The position numbers and the translations under genes are program-made. From NCBI GenBank assembly GCA_964016885.1, contig OZ024743.1, forward strand, positions 192,944,001 through 193,008,000: a stretch of DNA of 64,000 nucleotides, given 5' to 3'. The notes under the pieces are model-generated. The model searched no databases. It worked only from the letters and a program-made list of their open reading frames with translations, and was not told the DNA's origin. Of this stretch, positions 49,401 through 61,134 are shown one piece after another. Each line of letters begins with the position of its first letter. Position 1 is the stretch's first letter. Origin of the DNA: Eledone cirrhosa. Its lineage: Eukaryota.

Positions 49401-52400
49401 GCTGAGCATGACAGCTTGTCTGACCCAAACGGACAATGGGGAAGCAGATGTCTAATGACTATGTTGATGTTCTCCCCTTGGTATACCTTTCCTGTCCAAC
49501 CCATGCAAGCACACATGGAAAACCAAACACACTCCACACCTGCTCTCCCAGCGCTGGTTCCACATTAAAAACATTCAGTTAACCTTTAACATAGCCATAC
49601 TGGTGCCACAACAGAAAGCACCCAGTACATTCACCAAGATGGGCATGCTGGTATCACAAAAAAAAACCCACCCAATCAACCCTGTAAAATGGTAGTAGTC
49701 ATGCAATGAGATAATCTCCCAGTACACTGTCATGTGGTTGGCATTAGAAAGGGCATCCAGCCATAGTAAACCATGTCCAAAATAGATCTATGAACAGGAA
49801 ATGCTCACTTGAGCTGGCTAGCTACATAACTTATCTAACCCATGCCAGCATGGAAGATGGATGTTAAATGGTGATAATTATGATGATCATTTCAGTATTT
49901 TTTATATGCAATGTATTTCATTCAGATTATTGAGTTGAGTTAATGTATAAAAAGGAAGGCTAACTCCATAAATCAAATATGTCAATTTTCTGGTAAAAAA
50001 AAAAAAAAAAAAAAATTAAATGATTATTTACTATTTTCTTGCTTCAATTGAAAAAAAACCCAAAGATCCCCTGACTGCATGAACTGTAGTTCAAATAACA
50101 CCTAATTTTATAACCTAAAAAAAGGGTCAGCAATATGAGCCAGTCACTTTATTAGAAATCTCTAATTGCATCCGACTGTCTTATAATGTAAGGACACATT
50201 GAAAAATATAGATCCTAAATAAGCTACATATATTAAAAAAAAGGATGGGTATGACTGGAATACTTTTAATAAGTCTGCTTGACCAGTGTTAACCTGGTTC
50301 TAAACAACCCTAAAAAAAAGACTGTCAGAAGTGAAAAAACCAGTATCAAGTATTAAATAAAACTACAATGATGCTTCATCCAACCCAAAGCTTTATCTGG
50401 TAGGTATAAATTGTGGCTTTTGTTGTTCTAAATTTGTCAGTTAATGTAGCACTCCGATAGGATGCTAGACTAGATACTTCCAGATACCTCACTTCATAAC
50501 TTCACAGCTATACATGCAAATTTTGGCAGCCTATGATCCAAGATGCTTTTTTTGCTTTCATATACTCAATGTGTTCTTCATACTTTTAAGATCGTGGGGA
50601 CATGATTTGAGGGAGTTTGGTTATTTCTAGCAGTTCAACCACAAATAACATGAGAGACAGTGTTTATACCCCTTTTGTTAAAAATAAATAGAAAATTCTT
50701 CACCTGTGCCAAAGATGTCAACTTCCTTGGTATTGGTGATCTACATGATAATGCACCCAGTATAAAATGGTTAGTGATAGGAAGGGAATCCAGCCACAGA
50801 AAACCTGCCAAACAAATGGAAGAAGTCTCTAGCTGTGTCAAATACATGACAACCTCCCTAGTGCTGGTGTCATGATAAAATACACTTGGTCATATGTGGG
50901 ATCATATCTAAGCAAGTCACAGGGCACTGACCCATCAGAACACTTGGTAGGGTGCAGGAACGTGAGTTGCAGGCTCATGATTCACCATAGGGTTATTAGC
51001 TGCATTTTGCATACCAACCTCATTTGATGACCCGTTCAAACCTTGCTAGCAGGGAAAGTAGATGTTAAACCACAAGGAAAAGTGTTCAGTATCATTATGC
51101 AATTCACCAAGAAAGAACTACACTTTGATGTCTAGTTTTTAGTAAGTTTTAGTTGGATAAATTTCCTTTAACCCTTTAGCATTCACATTAATTTGTCAAA
51201 TGTCATGTTTATCTATTCACATTATTTTCAGTTAATTGTACTCAAAAGGGTTATCAATTTTATTTGTTTGTAATTTTCTTAATTTTCTATGTGCAGACTT
51301 GAAATTTTGTCAGTAGATGTTTAAATATCAATAATTTACAATTATATAATTTTACCTGATTTTTTGGTTAAATTTGACTTTTATAGGCAGGTGAAATTAA
51401 TTAACAGGGGCATTTGAAGTATCAACCAGGTGCAAATACTGGTTTAATTTTAAATACGTTGTTTTCGGCATAATACTTGATATATAAGGGTCACTAAACC
51501 TTATATCAGTGCTCCAGTAATTCTACAGTCTTGAAAATTGTTCTATACTAAACATAATATTTACGTCAAAAGAATGCTTACATTTCCACAGCATCTATTG
51601 GTCGCCATAACAGATCAGGTTTTCCTCGATTTGAAATCTGTTGTTGGGTATATCGATTAATCTCTTCTGCCACAACTTCGAAGAAAGTTTGTGGTAAAAA
51701 CAAAAGGAAATAATCCAGTGCTTTAGCATCGGGAGCTAATGTGTGTTGTGGACCAGTATTTTGAATAAAATCAGGAACATATATTGGTGTGGTATTTTTC
51801 GACCACGTTGCTGTACTATTTTCAATTGCGTTCTGGAGATCTCCTTCATTTTCACTTTCAAAACAACAATTATCGTTATTTCAGAAATATACATGTCTGA
51901 TTCATTTGAAGATAAATCACTAATATTATCTTTTGTTTCTTGTTCATTTTGAATGTCGTCGTGTGTAAAACCTTCAAAGTCGGAATCGTTACTTTCATGT
52001 TGATACACACAAAAAATCTGTTCTACTTTCAACGTTAAAAAAACACGTGTTGTTTCAAGTTGTTTCACTATGTTAAGTGTTAATTTCCGCTGTAAGGTAC
52101 TAATCTCACAGTAATCTCTAATCGATGAGACTTTGACGACGGTATTGTTTATTTTTAGAACAATATTTTAGTGTGGGTGTTATCGGCCGGTTTCAGCCGG
52201 ATTGAACAAATAAAGGGGAAATAATTTCGGCCGGTTTGTGGCGGTTTGAACACTAAAGGGTTAACATAGTAAGTCACTTGATATGTTAGAAATAACAACC
52301 AAATTTTCCTCAAATCATATCCTACCATCTTGAAATGTGAAAAATATATTGGATAATGTCGTCATACACACATTAAGTGAGAGAAGATAGTCATGGCTAG

Positions 52401-55400
52401 AATATCAGATACAGTTACCTAGGGCTAAACAACATATCTATGAAGCAAATCTTGCCATAATTTTTCAAGTTGATAGATCCTCTATAGCATGTGTTGGGAA
52501 TTAGATTTTGATATAAGAATGCCTGGGAATAAATAAAGTATAGAATTGCACAGAATACTTACCCTAATGAATTCCTTAACTCCATTCGTTCCTTTTTCAT
52601 AGGACAACACTGTTTATAAGCTCGCTTCAGTTTCTCATCATATTTCATCTGCCATTCCATAAGTTTTTCTTCTTTCTTCTTCTTGTTAAGCATCTTGGCC
52701 ATTTTTACTTGAATTCTAGTCAAACACAAAGAATACAGTTCAAATTAATTTAGGTAAGCATCATTCCTCTATAGATACAGTTAACCACTAATTACTGTTT
52801 ATTATTTTACTCCAAGCCATAACAGAGGAGTTTAAGACTGACTGCCCATGGGAACTCCTATATGCTGATGATCTAGTACTCATAGCCAAATCCATGGCAT
52901 AATTAAAGAAAAAATTCTTGACAACAAAACCCAGAATCAAAAAGCTCCCTAGAAGTAGCTGACATCATCCTGGAGTACCAAATTAGCAGTGAAGGTTGGT
53001 TTTCTAAAAAACCGTAGCCAGAGTGAGGATTGGTTAGAAAAAGTTCAGGGAGCTACCACCACTACTGGCTACAAAGGGATTGTTTCTCAAAATGAAAGAT
53101 AGATTGTACAATGCTTATGTGCAAAAAGCAATGGGCTTTGTGTGCAGAGAACTTATGAAGATTGGAAATGAGACAAGCATGTTCTGATGGATGTGTAAGA
53201 GTCATATATGCGAATGAGAATGATGAAGCATTAATGCACTGAGAGAAAAACTGGGCATAAGAAGGATTGGATGCAGTGTACAGGAGAGAAGGCTGCGTTG
53301 GTATGGACATGTCATGCACACAGAGGATGATAGCTGCATAAAGAAAAGCAGAATGCTCAAAGTCAAAGGAGCCAATGCAAGGGGAAGACCTAAAAAAAAA
53401 ACTTGAGATGATGAGGTAAAGGCTGACCTCACACAGTTGAACCTAACAAAGAAGACCCAGGATCAAATTGATCAGTGACAAGCCACACTGGAGAAGTCTC
53501 CCCTTCCCATATGAGAGGGATGAAACGAGCACAGGAAGGATGGATGCCAACTGACATTATGCTCCCGACTTTCTCCTCCAACTCACTTTTCTCAACATTA
53601 AACCCAAAGAAACAGAGGTAGAACAACGCTTAGGTCCTCACCTACCAGTATACTCCCAATTTCCTCTTCTTGAATTTCAGTCACATATTTCATTCCACCC
53701 ACTTTTCCTCATTCAACCCATACCAGCGTGAAAAGCTAAGACAAACCTTCTCTGATTGACCTTCCCCACACAACCACTGTCCCCAGCTTCACATTCACCT
53801 TTCCCATCCAACCAAGGCCAAAGAGAAAACCAGCCACATCCCACAATATCTCAGAGACCCATCCACTTGCTTCAAGGTACTTCCTTTTCCATGGTGGAAT
53901 GTCTTCTCTCTTCATCAACCCTTTCTCAGCAAATAGTATATAGCTTGCACCCTTCTCATTTATACAGCTCCCACTCCCATCAATTCTTCTCCTTCCTGAT
54001 CAAGAACACACTGAGCACCCGAATGTTGTAATGAGGTAGTATTGGTGCCACAATAAAATACACTAAGCCTACTCTGTATAGCAGTGGTTTGGGGTGCCAT
54101 TATAAAAAAGAACCAGTCCACATAGTTAGGTGGTAATGCTGGTGCCACGATAAAATGATCCTAAAACACACTGAAGTGATTGGTGTTAGGAAGGACATCT
54201 AGCTGTAGAAACCAAGCCAAAAGCAAACATGGTGTAATGACCTGATCAATCTGGCCTCTGTGTCACAGCCAGTCTAACTCATGTAAGCATAGAAAATAAA
54301 TGTTAAACAGTGTTGATGATTAAAGACAGATGAGACATTACTAGTTAACATCAATAAGACCATTATTTGCTTTAGTTCTCTATATTTAAAGTATAGTGTG
54401 GACATTATTATAGGGATTCTTTGCCAGACAGTTAAGCTTATACCATTTTGGTAATGAGAAATTAATCTAATTTCATTCAAGTCTATCTCCTCATTGACAG
54501 AGCTATAAGACGATTGACAGGTGTGGGGAGGTGCATTTGGGAAGTAGAGGAGAAATCTGCAATGAAACCAAAGTAAGAGATAAAACAAAAAACAAAATGA
54601 TTAATAGGACAAAATCAAAAACATGACAAGAATGAAATGGAATTAAAACAGTCACCAGGTCATTGACTAGTAAGGTTTGGCCATCTAGATTATTATATTA
54701 TAGATAAAGGTTATATGTATGTAGGCAGGGTTGTCTAGTTTATTCCAGTGTACCCTTATGATTATTTCTCATGGCTCTGGTAGTTTGTTAATATAGCTCT
54801 ATCTCCCATTACCCAGCCTTTATGTCTGTATGTGTTTTTAGTTCAATTGATTTCAACTGTCATTTTCTTTTGGAGAGAATAAAATAAAGGATTATATTGG
54901 TATCAGAATTTTATGTCTGTTATTGAGTAAGGATGCTGTGTAGTGGAGTGGTTCTGTGTTTGGTTAGTGACTTGGATTGGTGTTGCAAGTGTACTGTATG
55001 CCACTGGTTGGTTACATAAGTTGTTGGCTACTCCTGAATGCCATACATGTTGGTATTAAGTTAGGTGGTTGGTGTATTAGTGCTGTGTATTGAGGTGGTT
55101 CTGTTTGGTGAGGGTTATTGAATTTGTATTGTGGACATCTGGTGTATGCCTTTAGTTGTGTGTGTATACTTTCTTTCGCTATTGCTGAAGGGTGTAATTA
55201 TTGGTGTCTAGTTATGTGGTATTTGTCTTTATATGTGCATGTTAGTCAATAGAAAATCTTTTGGCACTAATGTTGGTTTAATTGTATAGTTTGTCGGTGT
55301 TTGTATTCTTTCCTGTGTGTAGCTTTCACTCAGGTGTCATTCATACCTTGTGTTGGTGTGTGTATTGTAACCAGGATGTGTTATAGGTTTTGGGCATCTA

Positions 55401-58400
55401 AAGGTTCATTGTGTGTGTATGCATAATAGTAACAAATGATCTTACCCTCTGGGGTCATGTACATGTTCGAGGTTGAGGTATATTTTATATATACTGTGTC
55501 TATATGATGTTACAAGTTCATTCTTTCTGTTCCATAGGGGTTCAGTAGTGAGCAACATGTTTATGGTCTCCTTGGTGTAAGGTTTGGCTTTAGTCAGGAT
55601 ACTTCATTGCAACACAAATGGTGTATTTTTTCTCATAGTTCCTATATACCAGTGTTGCTTTCAAAGCCATTCTCCAGGTTGAGTGTGACATCTAGGAAGT
55701 TTATACTTGTAAGGTAAGATATGTTTGGATGGCGATTTTGAATCAGCACCTCAAAAAATGTTATAAGCTCTTTTCATTCTTGGTCTGTGTTGCTGGAGTT
55801 GTAGCCAGTGAGGATCACTAGTCCACTGTCTCAAGGAAAACATTTTATCAATTTCTGAAGGAGGCGGGAGTCAATTAGGTCTGTTACTTCTGTGGAGTCA
55901 GTTGCTCTCATATTGACCTCAAAAGGGGATTTTGAGGACCTCCTAGTCCAGGTTGATTTGTCGTAGAGTAGAACTATTTTTCTAGCATGGAGGATGATGT
56001 TGATGTCCTGGTTGCTGATTGAAATGATCCTTTAAGAATATTTTAATGGGCTTCCAAGAGTGATTATGTGATTGATGCATTACTATGATCAATCGTATGA
56101 ATTTGGTGTTGGTTTTGTCATTGGTTGGTCAGAACAAGTGGTTGACCTCTTGTAGGTTAGTCCAGAAGCTAAGTTGAGTTTGTAGTATGAAACTGAGTAA
56201 GATCTTATGCAGGATTTTTTTTGGCAAATTCTTTCAATGTCTGACTTTATCGGGTAAATTTTCCAGCAAAGTCAGATTTGTAGTCATTAAATAAAAAATA
56301 TGCCTCCTATGAGTTGAGTGGTTCTGTACAGGTCTTCAGATTCAAAGTGATCCTATGCCTTTCTTCATTTATCTCATGGATCATATGTGGATTTGACTTT
56401 TGGTAGTTTGAAATCAGGTTGTTTTCTTTTATCAACATGTGGTATTTGTCCTGATCAATGGAGCATTAGTTATCAGTTTTGTCCAAATGTACTAGTATGA
56501 TGTCCCTGTTTCAGTACTCTGTTATCTTGTTGCACAGTTTTTATTGGAATCGATTGGCATAGTGTTTGAATTTCTCTTAACAAGGTTGAATAGGTCTGCC
56601 TCAAAAGGGACAAGAATAGGTTTGGTTGTGGTGTGGTATGTATTTTAAAACAGGTCTCTTGGTGGCTGTCAAGTTTCATTGAGTTGTGTTTGTTAGAAAT
56701 ATTTATATATATAAATATACATACTATAAGGTGAAATCTTCTGATGTCATGCTGACTGCTTCTTCACAAGGTATGCTCACCTAAGCAAACCTCACTTAAC
56801 CCTTTTGCATTCACATTAATTTTCAAATGTCATGTTTATCTGTTCACATTATTTTCAGTTAATCGTACTCAAAAGGGTTATCAATTTTATTTGTTTGTAA
56901 TTTTCTTAATTTTCTATGTACAGGCTTGAAATTTTGCCAGTAGATGTTTAAATATCAAAAATTTACAATTATATAATTTTACCTGATTTTTTTGGTTAAA
57001 TTTGACTTTTATGGGCAGGTGAAATTAATTAATAGGGGCATTTGAAGTATCAACCAGGTGCAAATACTGGTTTAATTTTAAATACGTTGTTTTCGGCATA
57101 ATACTTGATATATAAGGGTCACTAAACCTTATATCAGTGCTCCAGTAATTCTACAGTCTTGAAAATTGTTCTATACTAAACATAATATTTACGTCAAAAG
57201 AATGCTTACATTTCCACAGCATCTATTGGTCGCCATAACAGATCAGGTTTTCCTCGATTTGAAATCTGTTGTTGGGTATATCGATTAATCTCTTCTGCGA
57301 CAACTTCGAAGAAAGTTTGTGGTAAAAACAAAAGGAAATAATCCAGTGCTTTAGCATCGGGAGCTAATGTGTGTTGTGGACCAGTATTTTGAATAAAATC
57401 AGGAACATATATTGGTGTGGTATTTTTCGACCACGTTGCTGTAATATTTTCAATTGCGTTCTGGAGATCTCCGTTTTCACTTTCAAAACAACAATCATCG
57501 TCGGATGAAATTTCAAAAATGTAAACATCTGATTCAGTTGAAGATAAACCACTAATATTATCTTTTGTTTCTTGTTCATTCTGAATGTCGTTGTGTGTCA
57601 AGGTCAATATCGCTACTTTCACAAGCCATGTTGATACACAAAAAATCTGTTCTACTTTCAACGTTAAAAAAACATGTTGTTTTACATTGTTTCACTATAT
57701 TAAGTGTTAATTTTCACGGTAAGGGCCTCACAGTAATCTCGAATTGACGAGATTTTGATGACGGTATTGTTTATTTTTAGAACGATATTTTAGTGTGGGT
57801 GTTATCAGCAGGTTTCGGGCGGTTTGAACAAATGAAGGGAAAATAATTGTGGCCAGTTTGGGGCGGTTTGAACACTAAAGGGATAAACCATCTCCTTTCT
57901 ACCCTGTGCTTACTATGTAATATAATTAGTATTTACTAAGGTTATCACTTTGATGTTCTTTCATCTCCCTCTGTCTCATATATATATATATTACTATCAT
58001 CATCAAACATCTGCTTTCCCTGCTAGTTGGATGGGTCTTCACAAATCAAGTCAGTACTGATGTGGATCTACTGACCTCCCAAACAGGTCATGAGTCTGCA
58101 TCTCGCTTACATAGGGCCCCATGCTCTACTGAGTGCATTTTATTGTAGCATTAACACTAGTGAGGTTGTCATGTCTGAGTCCTCCCAACCATTTGTTTGG
58201 CAAGATTTCCATGGATGAATGCCCTTCCTATCATCAAGCACTTTACAGCATGTAGATCACCAACACTAGGGAGATTGTTATGTCCTTGGCACAACTGAAG
58301 AATCCTCCCACAAACTAAAATCACATGTCTTCTTGCTGGCTTACATTTTCCTTCCCAACCACCACTGCCATCACCAATCCTTGATAGACCAATCAAGTAG

Positions 58401-61103
58401 CTGTAATGTCAAGCCACGAATTAGTTTACTGATGATTATATGATTATAATTGTTTCCTCGGCCAGATTAGAAAGAAGGCTAGATTTCTCCATATTCACAA
58501 GCCACTTAAATATAACTGGGAGGCCAAACAAACTTTCATTTCAGACACAGAAAGTCAACAATCCACCCATCTTTCAAAACATTTCCTTCTATTGATTTTT
58601 AAAACTTTACGGCTCCAAAATTCAACATTGGCATGATGAAATGGAGATTAGATGAGTTTGTTAAGATGTTAGGGCGAATGCAAGTAGATGTATGCTGCAT
58701 ACAAGAAACTAGATGTCGAGGAACCTTAGCTAGACACCTCAAAGGCAAAACACAGCACTAAAAATTTTTTTGTGTGGGTAACAATCAGGGGTCAGGTGGA
58801 GTAAGTATCCCATTGGCAGAAAAATATCTAGATATGGTGACTGAGGTAGTTAGAGTGAGTAATAGAAAATTTCAGCTTAAGCTGATTCTAGATAATACAG
58901 CAAAAATAATTATCTCAGCATATGCACCACAATCAGGTCTGGCAGATAAACTGAAAGACCACTTCTACAGATCTCTTATGCAGGCTACCTCCCTGAGTAA
59001 AACCAGCCAACCACTTGATCACCTTTCAGTCAAGTGAGCACAAACCAGAAAAACTTTATTCTCAACAAAAGTCAAGATAGACTGATGGTTGCAAACACGA
59101 AGTTCCTCACAGTGGTAGGTGGTGGGCCACACTTTAATCATGCATATAGTAAATCAGGTAATACAGCATTGTGTTATACCCAATGGTAGGTGTAGCAGCA
59201 GCACTGCTACAATGGCAAGAGAAATGCACTCGACAGGAAACTAAAGAGGCATAAAATCAATGGACCAACTCATGAAAGTCACTGAAAGCGTTACGAAATA
59301 ACTGATTAGGGATGGAGCTAATCTAGACAAAATTCAGTTCAGCTTTGTGCCAGGTAGCTGTACCACTGATGCCTTCCTCTTGATGAAACAACTGCATGAG
59401 TACTTAGCTGTACCTAGCCATCGTTGACCTTATTCCATAATTTGGTGGGCTCTTAAGCAACTAGTAGTAGTTAAGTTGCTGGTGATGGCTGTAAAAGCCA
59501 TGTACAAAAGTGCAGTCAATAGAGTTTGAGTTCACAATGAGTATAGTGATGAATTTAGCATTCAGGTGCGAATTCGCTATAACTCTGGCTTCAGTTCCCT
59601 TCTGTTTATTATGGCTCCTACAGGGCATAACAGAGGAGCTTAAGACTGGCTGCCCATGGAAACTTTCATATGTAGATGACCTACTTCTGATAGCTAAAAC
59701 AGCAGATGAACTAGAGAAGAAATTCCAAACATGTTAGCAAAATCTGGAATCAAAAGGATTCAAAGTCAGCTTAGCAAATACTAATGTCCTAATAAATAAG
59801 AAAGATGGCAAAACCATACTCAATATGGAAAAAAAAAAATAAAAGCTGGTAGGAATTTCCTACTGGTTACAAAATGTAAACTATGGGTACACAAGAGATG
59901 TAGCAAGATCTCAAGGAGGCTGAAAAGAATGTAGATTTTATATTTGGCAGAAGAGCAGTGAGCAGCAAGAGTATATATGAAACAGGTGCTTTCATATACT
60001 CAGATGGCTCCCTGGAAATAACTGACAGCTTCTGTTACCTAAATAACTTAATCAGCAGTTAGAGTGGATGCTCTGAAAACATAGTAGCTAGAATGAGAAC
60101 TGGATGGAAGAAATTCAGGGGACTACTACCTCTATTGGCTACAAAAGTTTTCTCTCTCAGGATGAAAGGCAGATTGTATGAAGCCTGTCTGAGAACTGCA
60201 ATGCTGCATGGAAGTGGGACTTGGGCCTTGAATGTGAAGATTAGAAAGATATGCGGTAAAGATGCTCAGATAAATATGTAATATCAGCATGCATGAAAGA
60301 TGAAGCATCAATGAATTGAGAGAAAAGCTGAGCATAGGTGGGATTAGTTCCAGTATGCAAAAGAAAATACTGTACTAGTGTGGACATGTTATGAACATGG
60401 AGAATGATAGGTGTATAAAGAAGTGCAGGATCTTCAAAGTCAATGGGACATGTGCAAGAAGACCTAGGCAAGCTTGGAATGATGTGGTGGTGTTCATGCC
60501 ACAATTAAAAACACCCAGTCAACCCTGTAATGCGGGTGTCATGACGAAAAACAGCCAGTTCACTCTGTATGGTGGTAGTGCTAGTGCCACAAGAAAAAAA
60601 AAACATAGTTACACTTTAAAATTGTTGGCATTAGAAAGGGCATCCAGCCACAGAAACCAAGCCAAAACAATGTATGAGCAAGGCATGGAAAATAGGTGCG
60701 ATGATGTTGTATACCATTCCTTAACTAAATATAGGAGAAATATATGGCAAAACAAATATTCAAGAAAAAAAAGGGAATAAAATAACTTCTTCAAAAAGTA
60801 TATGAATAAATAATTAAGGGTATAATAAATTAGAAATAATATTCGATACTTTACTTTTTCGCATGATGCCGCATGTCATCTGGAATGTTTTCATATTCTC
60901 CACTGGCTGGTTCACAAAAATTAATAGCAGAATAGACAGGGCTTTCAGGTTTGTAAATTATGTTACGTAACAAAGGTTGTAATTCAGTTTTGATATGACA
61001 AGGACGTCGCAACTTTAAGAACACATGAGTAGGGTCATGTATATCAGGCATATTTTCACAATTTTCACACAAATCATAATCTGGACAATTACTGCAATGG
61101 AAG

Positions 61104-61134
<31 letters not shown>

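Noticed and set aside
57206-57661. Domesticated PGBD host gene
   Set aside because: No catalytic DDD domain, bounded by TIRs, and the sister copy is frameshifted.
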